64,000 nucleotides of DNA from Candidatus Nanoarchaeia archaeon (GCA_041651575.1 JBAZJB010000001.1:546096-610095), one strand, 5' to 3'; shown: positions 30,512-40,283, counted from the first letter of the stretch. Numbers and translations are program-made. The notes: generated by a model from the letters alone, not told the origin.

Positions 30512-32515
30512 TTATTCTGGATATCTAAACATAGGTAAACCTGCGTTTTCCTGTATTGAATTATAAATGATATTCATATTTTCCTGGGTTGAAGGTATTT
30601 GATCAACAATAGTATAAAAGTTCATTACATTTTTCTCTGCAATTTGTTCTCTTTCCAAATCAAATTCAAATTCTGCTCCACCCTTTATTGCTTGCTCTAC
30701 AATTATATCTTCAATTTTTACAGAATAACATTTTTCTTCTTCTCCAAACAAGTTCCAAATTGCTGGCTTTGATACTTTTACACATTTATTTATTTCTCCC
30801 CCTTGTAGTTTTATTGGCCAAGTACTACTTCCCATAATATAAGATTTAACTTCATATCTTCCTGGAATTAAATCAATTTGTGCAGCAGGTTCTTTTATTG
30901 AATAAGCAAAAGAAGCTGTAAAATCATTATCCATATTTTTCAATTCAAAAATAACAGTTTCAGATTCATAAGGATCTCTTACTTGCCCAGTACTTTTTTC
31001 TATTAATTTAACTGTAGGAGTTATTTTATAGATAGGTTCTAAGATTAATGAAATACTTTTTTCTTCGTTTGTAGATACTATTTGTTTTGCTTTGTAATAA
31101 CCTTCTTTTTCTCCAATTATTGCTCCATTAATACAAGAAGGGAATAATCCAGATAAGTAAGCTCCTTCATCTGTCATTTTTATATCACATTGTGTAGTAA
31201 AGCATTTGAATTTTATATTTGTTTCTGGAAGAGGAATCATATTTCCATAATTATCTGAAGCAAAAGTATAAACATCTATTTTTGTTGAAGGATTTTTACA
31301 TATTCTCGATTCAAATTCTGGTTGATCATAAGTTCCATAAATATTTTTCTTTGGTTGATTATTATCAATTATAACTTGCGAAGCAAATTGGAAAGTATAA
31401 CCTTCTCCATCCAAAGCAGCTGTATCTGTTAAAATAACTAAAATAGGATATTTTAAATCATAAATAAAATGATAATTATAAATGCACATTAAATAAGCAA
31501 TTGGTCCTGCATATTCGCTTAATTTCTCGGTAAGAGAAGTTCCCTGCATCAAATCTCCGTCACTTGGATAAACATCTACAATTGTAGGCCAAGTATTTGA
31601 ATACATAAAATTTATATCCAAATTTGCAGCGCTTGTTTTTGGATCCAACATAAAATAAGAAGCGTCTTGGTTTACTGAAGAAAACTTCGAACCTTTAACA
31701 AGATAAGCAGGAGTATTAATTGATAAAGCATCTTTTATATTATTTGTAACTTCTTGCTTTGACCAGAATTTAGGTTTACAATCAAAATCGGTTCCAGAAA
31801 AAGGAATATTTTCATAAGCAACTAACATATCAATAGTTTTTTCTTCAAAGAAATTTAATTCTTGTTGTTTCATAATACCGGAAGAAACCTTATACATTTT
31901 TCCTAAAGGAACGTCTAATTTTGCTTGATGCTCTTTCAAATTAAAATTAAAATCTTTTAAAGTAAATGAAACAGGCATTTCTAAATTAATTAAAACAGAA
32001 TTATCTAAAATAGAAACATCATATTTTCTTTCAGTAGTTACTATGAAAGAATATCCTTGATTAGTAAGTCCTTCCAATCCACTTATACATTCTGCCATAT
32101 TATTAGCAACATATTCTCCAATCTCTTTTTCCATAGATTCAATAGTTGGAATTTGTTCTTGTTGTATTCCATTTGAAGTTTCATAAAACCAATAAGCTGT
32201 TTTCAATCCAGGAAAAGATTCTAATTTATTTGAAAAAGGAGTTACAGGTGTAACTGGAAGATTATCCACTGGAATTTGTATATAGCCTCCTTGAATACCC
32301 ATTGTAACTATTGCTTTTTTTGCAAGTTCATAAACACAAGAATCAATATACTCTTTTACAGGAACAGCTTGATCTGGCACAGTTCCGGCCTTTAAAATAT
32401 TAGTGTCTGTTCTACTTTGAATAAAATATTGTCTTACAAAAAAGGCAGAAATAATTATCAATAATATAATAAAACCCAAGATTATATAAATCGTTACCTG
32501 GCCCCTTTTTTCCAT
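30512..32515 (-). CDS. Large protein with class III (prepilin-type) signal peptide
   Basis: MEKRG/QVTIYIILG then TM and YIDSC..GIQGGY. Confidence 0.75.
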   Translation of the reverse strand: MEKRGQVTIYIILGFIILLIIISAFFVRQYFIQSRTDTNILKAGTVPDQAVPVKEYIDSCVYELAKKAIVTMGIQGGYIQIPVDNLPVTPVTPFSNKLESFPGLKTAYWFYETSNGIQQEQIPTIESMEKEIGEYVANNMAECISGLEGLTNQGYSFIVTTERKYDVSILDNSVLINLEMPVSFTLKDFNFNLKEHQAKLDVPLGKMYKVSSGIMKQQELNFFEEKTIDMLVAYENIPFSGTDFDCKPKFWSKQEVTNNIKDALSINTPAYLVKGSKFSSVNQDASYFMLDPKTSAANLDINFMYSNTWPTIVDVYPSDGDLMQGTSLTEKLSEYAGPIAYLMCIYNYHFIYDLKYPILVILTDTAALDGEGYTFQFASQVIIDNNQPKKNIYGTYDQPEFESRICKNPSTKIDVYTFASDNYGNMIPLPETNIKFKCFTTQCDIKMTDEGAYLSGLFPSCINGAIIGEKEGYYKAKQIVSTNEEKSISLILEPIYKITPTVKLIEKSTGQVRDPYESETVIFELKNMDNDFTASFAYSIKEPAAQIDLIPGRYEVKSYIMGSSTWPIKLQGGEINKCVKVSKPAIWNLFGEEEKCYSVKIEDIIVEQAIKGGAEFEFDLEREQIAEKNVMNFYTIVDQIPSTQENMNIIYNSIQENAGLPMFRYPE

Positions 32516-32587
32516 ATAAATACTATTAAAAGTCAATATATAAAGTTTTTGAATACGTTTAAATATCTAAAATTTACAGTATAAAAC

Positions 32588-33781
32588 ATGAAAAACAAAC
32601 CAGAATTATTAAGTCCTGTATCTGACTTTACAAGTCTTACTTCTGCTATAAAATCTGGTTGTAATGCTATATATTTTGGTGTAAAAGAACTAAATATGAG
32701 AATAACTGCAAATAATTTTAAATTAAATGAATTAAAAAAAGTTGTGGATATATGCCACAAAAATAAAGTCAAGGCTTATCTAACTTTAAACACAATAATC
32801 TATAATAATGAATTAAATAAAATTAAAAAAATATTAAAAACTGCTAAAAAAGCAAAAATAGATGCAATAATTTGTTGGGATTTTTCTGTTATACAAGAAG
32901 TTAAAAAATTAAAATTACCTTTTCATATAAGTACACAAGCTTCTGTTTCAAATATAGAATCTGCTAAATTTTATAAAAGTCTTGGAGCTGAAAGAATTAT
33001 TTTAGCTAGAGAATTGAGTTTAGAACAAATAAAAGAAATAAAGAAAAAAGTAAATATTCAGGTTGAATGTTTTATTCATGGTGCAATGTGTGTTGCATTA
33101 TCTGGAAGATGTTTTACAAGCCAATTTGTTTTTGGAAGATCTGCAAATCGTGGTGATTGCTTACAACCTTGCAGAAGAAATTACATTGTTAAAGATAAAA
33201 GAATTGGTTATGAATTAGAACTAGAAAATGATGCTGTTTTAAGTCCAAAAGATTTGTGCACTTTACCTTTTATAGAAAAATTAATTGAATCTGGAATAAA
33301 CTCTTTTAAAATTGAAGGACGTGCAAGAAGCCCAGATTATGTTTCTACTGTTACAAAAGTTTATAGAAAAGCTATTGATGCTTATTTTGAAAATAAATTA
33401 ACAAATAATTTGAAACAAGAATTAATTTCTGAATTAAAAATAGTTTATAATAGAGATTTTAGTTCTGGATTTTACTTAGGTAAACCAATAAATGAATTTA
33501 CAAGTCCAGATAATCAAGCAACAAGAAAAAAAGTCCAAATTGGAATAATAAAAAATTATTATAAAAATATAAACGTGGCTGAAATAAAATTATTAACAAG
33601 AGATTTAAAATTAAACGATTTAATTATGATTCAAGGTCCAACAACAGGAGTAATAGAACAAAAAGTAAACTCTATGGAATTAAACAATAAAAAAATTGAT
33701 ATTGGAAAGAAAGGAACAATTATTGGAATTAAAATTAATAACTTAGTAAGAAAAAACGATAAAGTTTTCTTGATAATTTAG
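32588..33781 (+). CDS. Peptidase U32 family protein (RNA hydroxylase-like)
   Basis: PELLSP, HISTQ, LAREL, HGAMCxAxSGRC, NRGDCxQPCR, KIEGR. Confidence 0.93.
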   Translation: MKNKPELLSPVSDFTSLTSAIKSGCNAIYFGVKELNMRITANNFKLNELKKVVDICHKNKVKAYLTLNTIIYNNELNKIKKILKTAKKAKIDAIICWDFSVIQEVKKLKLPFHISTQASVSNIESAKFYKSLGAERIILARELSLEQIKEIKKKVNIQVECFIHGAMCVALSGRCFTSQFVFGRSANRGDCLQPCRRNYIVKDKRIGYELELENDAVLSPKDLCTLPFIEKLIESGINSFKIEGRARSPDYVSTVTKVYRKAIDAYFENKLTNNLKQELISELKIVYNRDFSSGFYLGKPINEFTSPDNQATRKKVQIGIIKNYYKNINVAEIKLLTRDLKLNDLIMIQGPTTGVIEQKVNSMELNNKKIDIGKKGTIIGIKINNLVRKNDKVFLII

Positions 33782-33853
33782 TGGACCCAAAGGGAATCGA
33801 ACCCTTGATCTTCGCTAAGTCAAAGCGACGTCGTACCACTAGACTATGGGTCC
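33782..33853 (-). tRNA. tRNA-Val (GAC)
   Basis: Reverse complement: GGACCCA/TGGGTCC acceptor, TCGCT-TT GAC TT-AGCGA arm, GGTTCGATTCC. Confidence 0.9.
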
Positions 33854-33867
33854 TTAAAATAAAAATG

Positions 33868-33939
33868 AGCCTCAGGGGAGAGTTGAACTCCCGACCTGCT
33901 GATTACAAGTCAGCTGCTCCACCACTGAGCTACTGAGGC
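33868..33939 (-). tRNA. tRNA-Thr (TGT)
   Basis: Reverse complement: GCCTCAG/CTGAGGC acceptor, GCTGA-CT TGT AA-TCAGC arm. Confidence 0.95.
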
Positions 33940-33976
33940 ATAAGAATCAATTCCAGAACTAAATTTAAATACGTTT

Positions 33977-34549
33977 CTATTCTAACTTTTTAAAGGTTTT
34001 AACAACTAAATAAGATAAAGGATATATCTTTTTAAGGTCTTTTTGAAGGTCTTTTTGTAATCTAAAAGAGATTATAGCATCTATCAATTCTTGATAATTT
34101 GAATTTTTAACAAATTCTTTTACATCTTCATCTAGTTTTTTTCTTACGGCAGTTAAAACTGCGTTTTGTGGTTTATGTTTTGAAAGAGCCAATATCTTTA
34201 GTATTACTTTTACATTATCTTTTGTCTTTAAATTCTTAGTTTCATCTATTTTTCCTTTAGACATTTTTGTTAATCTTCTTGAATAAGCTTTAACAATTTC
34301 ATACCCCATTATTTCTGTTGCACCTTTATTCTCTTTTATTTCTTTAACTTTGAATATGACTTTAAAATTCTGTTTTTTAGGATCTCCTGTAAGCATGGAT
34401 AAATTTGCATCTATTACTTTTCCAACTAATTGAGAAACATCATAAACATGGGATTCTCCAAGTTCTACATTAGTAAACTCTTTAGAGGCCATTAAAGGCA
34501 CCCAAATTTTTTTCAAATTTTTCTTGCTTATTGTTGTCTGTTCTGCCAT
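33977..34549 (-). CDS. rps3ae: 30S ribosomal protein S3Ae (eS1)
   Basis: KKxW, LTGDPKKQ, TKDN, KKIYPL; conserved rps15-DHH-rps3ae order. Confidence 0.88.
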   Translation of the reverse strand: MAEQTTISKKNLKKIWVPLMASKEFTNVELGESHVYDVSQLVGKVIDANLSMLTGDPKKQNFKVIFKVKEIKENKGATEIMGYEIVKAYSRRLTKMSKGKIDETKNLKTKDNVKVILKILALSKHKPQNAVLTAVRKKLDEDVKEFVKNSNYQELIDAIISFRLQKDLQKDLKKIYPLSYLVVKTFKKLE

Positions 34550-34591
34550 TTTAATTTAGATTTTTTTGAGAGATTAATTTAATAAAGCTTT

Positions 34592-36034
34592 CTATTTAGC
34601 TTCTTTTAAAACTTGTATAGCTGTACTTAAAAAGTCTTTTTCTTGCTCTAAAGAGAGTATACAACCTGCTGCTTCTCCATGACCTCCGAATTCTGCATCT
34701 TTTAAAGGCAATTTTTCAGAAATACTTTCTACTAATTTCCTAAGATCCTTTTTAGTGTCTATCCCCCTTATAGAAGCTTTTAAACATCCATCCAAGGTAT
34801 GCCCTACAGTCATTATAATTGTTCCATTGGGATACAAATTAGACTTAGTAATCATAGAAGTTAGAGTTCCTATCATAGTATCTTTCAAATTATCTTCTGA
34901 ATTTATCAAAACATAACCAGGTCCTTCTTGAATAGTTTCTGTTTTTCTTTTCGAATAAAACCAATTTAATGCTTTAATAATTTCTTTTTTATAATCCAAT
35001 AATAATAAATTTGCTTTTTCTTTGGAAATAGAATCATTCAAACATACTCCAATACCTAAAGAAGGTTTTCCCATTTTACTACAAGCATTTAATAAAGTTG
35101 CAAATTCTTTTGCATTTCTTGTTACAGAATCTTCTGCTTCATCTACTAAAGTATAAATATCTCCTAAAACATCGTCTGGATTTTTTTCACTACCCATTCT
35201 TTTTAAGATTATAGCAGTAGTTAATTTTTTAATTTCTTCATCTGATAAATCACATAATCTTCTAAATTTGTTTTCTGGATTTTTTGCAGGAATTCCTAAT
35301 TCATTTAAAAGTTGTGATGCATTTTCTTCTGATCCAGTAATACCTGGAATATAAGGATCTGTACTATACTCCAATAATCTATGTAAGGGTTTTGTCTGAG
35401 CTCCAAACATTCTAAGTCCTCTCTCAACTTTAATTTTTTTAACAGAAATTGCATCTTCTAAAATTCTTTGATTTAAATAACTGAATTTATCTTCATTATA
35501 TTCATTTGTGTCATATGCTTGAATATCTCCTAAGGCACCAATTAAAGCTAAATGAGCCAAATCAATATTTTTTTCATTCAAATTTTTAAAAAAGATGTAA
35601 GTAACTCCTGCTCCAGAAACTTCAAAAGAACCGTCGATATCAAATAAATGTGGATTCACTATAAAAATATTTTCTGAATTTTCTTTTAAAAGTTCTTTAT
35701 CTATTATATGATGATCTAAAATAAAGATTATTTTTTCTTTTAATATTTCTTTCATAAAATGTATACTTCCAGAACCTAAATCTGTAAAAAAATAAACTTT
35801 ATAATCTTCGTTTTTTAATTCTTCTAATTTTTTCTTAGTAAGTTGTTTTACTGTTGAAATAGAAAATTTTAAACCCTCTCTTTTAAAAGCTGCACTTGCT
35901 ATTGCTGCAGAACAAATCCCATCTGCATCTCTGTGAGAAATTAATTTTATTGGTTCTTCTTTTAAGTTTTCTAAATTTTTAAATTTAGCTACGATATCAT
36001 TTACATAATTAACAAAAGTTTCATAATTATCCAT
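34592..36034 (-). CDS. RecJ-like DHH phosphoesterase
   Basis: HxDADG, TDLG, DHH, NPH, GALGD, GGH motifs. Confidence 0.92.
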   Translation of the reverse strand: MDNYETFVNYVNDIVAKFKNLENLKEEPIKLISHRDADGICSAAIASAAFKREGLKFSISTVKQLTKKKLEELKNEDYKVYFFTDLGSGSIHFMKEILKEKIIFILDHHIIDKELLKENSENIFIVNPHLFDIDGSFEVSGAGVTYIFFKNLNEKNIDLAHLALIGALGDIQAYDTNEYNEDKFSYLNQRILEDAISVKKIKVERGLRMFGAQTKPLHRLLEYSTDPYIPGITGSEENASQLLNELGIPAKNPENKFRRLCDLSDEEIKKLTTAIILKRMGSEKNPDDVLGDIYTLVDEAEDSVTRNAKEFATLLNACSKMGKPSLGIGVCLNDSISKEKANLLLLDYKKEIIKALNWFYSKRKTETIQEGPGYVLINSEDNLKDTMIGTLTSMITKSNLYPNGTIIMTVGHTLDGCLKASIRGIDTKKDLRKLVESISEKLPLKDAEFGGHGEAAGCILSLEQEKDFLSTAIQVLKEAK

Positions 36035-36050
36035 TTTAAAAATAAAAGGC

Positions 36051-36509
36051 TTATCCGCCCATAATTAATTTAACTGCTTCTTGGCTGTATTTCCAATCTT
36101 TTGGAAGTCTTCCAATTTTTTTGTAATAATTTACAAGCCTATTAATCTTTGATTCTGCTAATATTAAACCACGTTTAGCAGACATATCTTTCTTATTTTT
36201 TTCTACATGTTTATTAAGTTTAATTTGAGTCTTAATTAAAGCAGTTAAATCTTCAGGTAATTTTGTTAATAAATCGTGTTCTTTTAAAACTTGCAATAAT
36301 TTCTTTTTTAATATTACAGAAACATCTGGGATACCATAAACATCTCTTAAAACAATTCCAATTTGACTTGGAGTTTTTTCTTCTTTGAATAATTTGATTA
36401 TAATTTGTTCAACTTCTTTTGAATCATATTTTAACCAAGTAGGTTTAACTTTTTTAAAGGGCTTTTTAGATCCACTTTGTCCTTTGATATGTCCATACAT
36501 TCTTGCCAT
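36051..36509 (-). CDS. rps15: 30S ribosomal protein uS15
   Basis: MARM...GxSGSKKP, PSQIGIVLRDxYGIPDV, ESKINRLVxYYK. Confidence 0.97.
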   Translation of the reverse strand: MARMYGHIKGQSGSKKPFKKVKPTWLKYDSKEVEQIIIKLFKEEKTPSQIGIVLRDVYGIPDVSVILKKKLLQVLKEHDLLTKLPEDLTALIKTQIKLNKHVEKNKKDMSAKRGLILAESKINRLVNYYKKIGRLPKDWKYSQEAVKLIMGG

Positions 36510-36520
36510 TTTGTATTTTA

Positions 36521-36566
36521 ACCGAGAATAAGCTTAGTTTAATGGTATAAACAAGCCGTAACCGGT
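36521..36566 (-). promoter_or_regulatory. Structured 5' leader of rps15 (candidate r-protein leader)
   Basis: ACCGG/TCGGT, GGCTT/AAGCT and GTTTA/TAAAC nested stems between TTTATAAA (36595-36602) and the ATG. Confidence 0.55.
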
Positions 36567-36610
36567 CTATCCTAATTTCATTGCTTTTAACTTATTTATA
36601 AAGGTTTGTA

Positions 36611-36717
36611 TAGCCCTAGGAGGATTCGAACCTCCGTCAGAAGATTTCTTTTCGAAATCCAAAGTCTCCTATCCCTAGCCTTGGTTTTAACCAATTTGGC
36701 CACTAGACTATAGGGCT
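36611..36717 (-). tRNA. tRNA-Gln (TTG) with two introns (21 nt at 21/22; 13 nt at 37/38)
   Basis: AGCCCTA/TAGGGCT acceptor; removing 36675-36695 and 36646-36658 gives a 73-nt cloverleaf; both junctions form bulge-helix motifs. Confidence 0.9.
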
Positions 36718-36754
36718 GTATAAAGATTGAGAACTAAAGCTTTTAAAAAACTTT

Positions 36755-37216
36755 CTAAAAGATTAATTTAAACAAATAGAATGCATCCAATCCCAATAAA
36801 GCTACAAATAACAAGATTTCAAAGATAGAACCTGTTTTGATAAAACCAGATACTCTAAAAGTAAGGATTGGATTCAAAAAATTTATTCCAGAAACAGTTA
36901 GAGCATCTAATATTAAATGTGAAAAATAACCTATTAAAATTGCAAAACCCATTAAATTTAAGTTTAAAATATAATTAAATATTAAAAATAATAATATTGG
37001 GATATAAATTGAATGGAAAATTCCTCTGTGTGAAAATAACTTTGCTATAAACCATAATTTTTTACCTAATTTAGATCCTGCTTCATCTACATCTGGAATT
37101 ACAGAAACTAAACAAACTAGTAAAATAAAAATATATTTGTTTGAAATATCAGGTAAATATTTTAAAGAAAATAATGAACATAAAAGTCCAAAAGCTAAAT
37201 GGGTATAAAACATCAT
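36755..37216 (-). CDS. Membrane-bound metal-dependent hydrolase (YdjM-like)
   Basis: TH, PDxD, HRGxxHS, SHLILDxLT. Confidence 0.9.
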   Translation of the reverse strand: MMFYTHLAFGLLCSLFSLKYLPDISNKYIFILLVCLVSVIPDVDEAGSKLGKKLWFIAKLFSHRGIFHSIYIPILLFLIFNYILNLNLMGFAILIGYFSHLILDALTVSGINFLNPILTFRVSGFIKTGSIFEILLFVALLGLDAFYLFKLIF

Positions 37217-38199
37217 TTTAATAACACTTCTGCTAATTTTACATAATCAACTGCTTCTGCTTCATTTGCAGCAAATTCTAATCTATTCATCATTTCATTT
37301 CTATTTACTTTTCCTTTTAATAAAAATTGTTTACCAAGAACAGAACTTTTTAATTCTTCAAATTTTTCAAGATTATTTTTCATTTCTACTAATTCTGTTT
37401 CATTTCTTTCTAATATCAACTCTGCTTGATTTCTAAATGCTACAACACGAATATTTGCTGAACCATCATCAAAAAAGAAATTAACAAAAGGAATTAATTT
37501 TGGTTCTACTACACTATGTTCTTTACAAGCGAAAACTCCATCTTCAATTCTTACTCTAGAGCCACATAAAGGACAAACTTCAAAAAATCTTGGTTCAAAC
37601 ATTTGTACTATTGTTCCAAGAACTTCTGCATAATCATTTTCTTGTAATTCTGATATCTTTTTTCTTATCAAAGTAGGTTTTACGAGTACATTTGAAATAG
37701 TTTCTCCTTCTGGGTTTATTATTAATTGAGATTTACTTGCTAAGTGTAATTCTTTATAACCTTGATTTTCTCTGCATGAAGCTCCCCTTATTTTAACAAT
37801 ATCATTTTCTTTCAAATTTTGTTTTAATATTTCATTTATTACGACTTCGTCCCAAATAACCAATCTTGTTGTTGCAGTTTCATCCCCAATCAACATAGTA
37901 GCTAATCTTGCTTTTCTTCCATCTTTATTAAATTCTCTAACTCCATAAAAATTAATTACTTTTCCAGCCAAATTAATCAATCTCATTCCAGGTAAAACGT
38001 CTTTAATTTTTAGAACTTTAGGAACATCCATTAATTTTACATTTAATTCATTTGCAATAATATGTGCTGCTCCTTCTCTGCTAATTAAATTAGAAAGCTC
38101 TTTTAGTTTTGCATTAATTCTATCTTGAAGTTCTTCTTTTGTTATAGTTGTATTTTCTAAAATAGTAGAAATTATTTGTTCATAACTTAAATTCAGCAA
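37213..38199 (-). CDS. rpa: Replication protein A-like ssDNA-binding protein (OB folds + Zn finger)
   Basis: GDETxxxRLVIW OB fold, CPxC...CxxH, DDGS.NIRVVAF; TTG start after GGGGGT. Confidence 0.88.
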   Translation of the reverse strand: MLNLSYEQIISTILENTTITKEELQDRINAKLKELSNLISREGAAHIIANELNVKLMDVPKVLKIKDVLPGMRLINLAGKVINFYGVREFNKDGRKARLATMLIGDETATTRLVIWDEVVINEILKQNLKENDIVKIRGASCRENQGYKELHLASKSQLIINPEGETISNVLVKPTLIRKKISELQENDYAEVLGTIVQMFEPRFFEVCPLCGSRVRIEDGVFACKEHSVVEPKLIPFVNFFFDDGSANIRVVAFRNQAELILERNETELVEMKNNLEKFEELKSSVLGKQFLLKGKVNRNEMMNRLEFAANEAEAVDYVKLAEVLLK

Positions 38200-38214
38200 C
38201 TTTTTTACCCCCGA

Positions 38215-38937
38215 TTAACTTATTTGATTTGAACTTTTTAATGCAAATACAAATGCAATGTTTTCATTAGTACATGGATTTTTAATATTTTGCACATTAC
38301 ACTTTATTAAACTATCGCTTTGTATACATTGTAAGTTACTACTCTGAGAACATACTTCAAAAGATTTGGAAGATAAACAGGTTTTAAGTTTATATGCCTC
38401 ATCTATAATCTCTTGTATTTTGGTTGTATCTGCATTAATTTCTGTATTAAAGTTTATGTTTAATTTGTAAGTTATATCCATTTTTTCTTTCATTTCTTGT
38501 AAAGTTAATGAATCTGCAACGGCTTTAATTTTAATTTTATTTCCATAATCTAAAGTAAAAGTATATTTATAATCTGTTTTAACTCTTTCTTTGAAATTAT
38601 TTTTAAATTCTGATTCGAAATATTCGCTAAAAATAGGGTTGCAATTAGGAGTAAAATCCCAAACCATATGATTTCCTACAAGACAATTTGGATTATTTAA
38701 CAAACCTTTTTCTAAACTTATTTGTAAAGCATTACAAGCAGCAAGTTTTGCATTTTCTTGTATTGAAAAAACCATATTTTCTTTTTCTGTATAAAAATTA
38801 ATTAATTCTGTAGAAAACATACCTACGTTTTTTTGTTCATCTTTTATAATATCACTATAAAAAATCCCCAAAAATATTACTGTAAAAAGAAAAGCAAATA
38901 TTGCTAATAGGGGTAAAAATATTCCTTTCTTATTCAT
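38215..38937 (-). CDS. Pilin-like protein (class III signal)
   Basis: MNKKG followed by hydrophobic helix; Cys-containing head. Confidence 0.7.
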   Translation of the reverse strand: MNKKGIFLPLLAIFAFLFTVIFLGIFYSDIIKDEQKNVGMFSTELINFYTEKENMVFSIQENAKLAACNALQISLEKGLLNNPNCLVGNHMVWDFTPNCNPIFSEYFESEFKNNFKERVKTDYKYTFTLDYGNKIKIKAVADSLTLQEMKEKMDITYKLNINFNTEINADTTKIQEIIDEAYKLKTCLSSKSFEVCSQSSNLQCIQSDSLIKCNVQNIKNPCTNENIAFVFALKSSNQIS

Positions 38938-39434
38938 TCTATCACCAACTTTATTTTTATTTCTTTATCAAAATCGGGTAAATTGAATTCAGAAGAAGTT
39001 GTTTTATCTGTTTCTATTATTCCGCCTAATTCTGCAGGTGTTCCAAAATCTTCGCTCATTGCTACTTTTCCCTGAGAAATTATTTGATTATCTATGTACA
39101 AGTTATATTGATCAAATAGTTTATTGAATATCTTCTGGTTTATACCTTCTAAATTTGTTCTATATTTTTCTTTGTTTTTAACATACATTCTTATTAAATC
39201 GGAAACTAAAACTTCTTGTCCTTCAACATTTACCGGTGTTCTTAAATAATTTAATAAAATACTGTTAACATCTATTTTTTCTTTAGCAAGAATTTCTTGT
39301 TTAACAGAATCAATTCCAAAAGAGAATATAAAAAATATAATTAGTGTAACAAATATTAAAATTATAGCTCCAAGATTATAAAAAATCATACCTATTCCTT
39401 TTTTCCCAATTTTATCAAGTTTAAACATTTTCAA
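38934..39434 (-). CDS. Pilin-like protein (class III signal)
   Basis: KKG plus TM; LLNYLRTPV. Confidence 0.7.
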   Translation of the reverse strand: MKMFKLDKIGKKGIGMIFYNLGAIILIFVTLIIFFIFSFGIDSVKQEILAKEKIDVNSILLNYLRTPVNVEGQEVLVSDLIRMYVKNKEKYRTNLEGINQKIFNKLFDQYNLYIDNQIISQGKVAMSEDFGTPAELGGIIETDKTTSSEFNLPDFDKEIKIKLVIE

Positions 39435-39897
39435 ATATCACGTCATAATTTAAAATAGCCCCTTGTTTTTTATTATCTTTTACTAAAAGAACATAATCCT
39501 TTTTTTCATAAAAAGTATATTTCTCGTTTTTTATTTTTATATTTTTTAAATTTTTATTTAAATCATATTCTTTTTTATTATAATAAGTATCAATTTTTTC
39601 TCCGTTAAGAGTTTCTATAGTTATATTTAGTTGCAGATCTTCATTATTGAAACAAGATTCTATTAAAGGAAATTTATTTGCATCTATTATTCCAAAATTA
39701 TTTCTTTCATCTTCATAAGATAAACAAGAATAAGCTTTATACAAAACAAGTTGGGGTTCATATTCAGAAACATCTATATTTCTTGTTAAAAAAGTCCAAG
39801 TTATTGAAGCAAATATTACTAAAATTACTGCTAAAACCAATATATTAAATGCCCATACAGGAATATCTATATCTAAGGAATCTCCTTTTTTATTCAT
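39421..39897 (-). CDS. Pilin-like protein (class III signal)
   Basis: MNKKG plus TM; CLSY...GIID. Confidence 0.7.
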   Translation of the reverse strand: MNKKGDSLDIDIPVWAFNILVLAVILVIFASITWTFLTRNIDVSEYEPQLVLYKAYSCLSYEDERNNFGIIDANKFPLIESCFNNEDLQLNITIETLNGEKIDTYYNKKEYDLNKNLKNIKIKNEKYTFYEKKDYVLLVKDNKKQGAILNYDVIFENV

Positions 39898-40283
39898 GAT
39901 ATTGAAACCTCGTTATTTTCTTTTTTAATGGTTATAATAGGAGTTTTAGCTTCTTTTTCAACATTGGAATTAAAAAAACATTTATATGAAGAAGGAGTTC
40001 TTGAATAAACTTTTTCACTTGATTCATAAATTTGAAGCAAACATGGTTTTTTTATGTTCAAAACATAATCTGAACTATCAAAATTAATTTTTATAGAAAT
40101 ATCATTTGGACTTGCTGAAACTGCATCCAAAGCAAAAGCAGATTCTATAGCTAAATATTTTTGTTTAAATAATTGATCTTCTGCTATTTTCACTGATAAT
40201 CCCACAAATGCTCCAAGAATTAATATTGCAAGAAACATGTACGACAGCCACAAGTACTGCATCTCATACCCTCTTTTATTCAT
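39894..40283 (-). CDS. Pilin-like protein (class III signal)
   Basis: MNKRG plus TM; start at the internal Met. Confidence 0.7.
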   Translation of the reverse strand: MNKRGYEMQYLWLSYMFLAILILGAFVGLSVKIAEDQLFKQKYLAIESAFALDAVSASPNDISIKINFDSSDYVLNIKKPCLLQIYESSEKVYSRTPSSYKCFFNSNVEKEAKTPIITIKKENNEVSIS

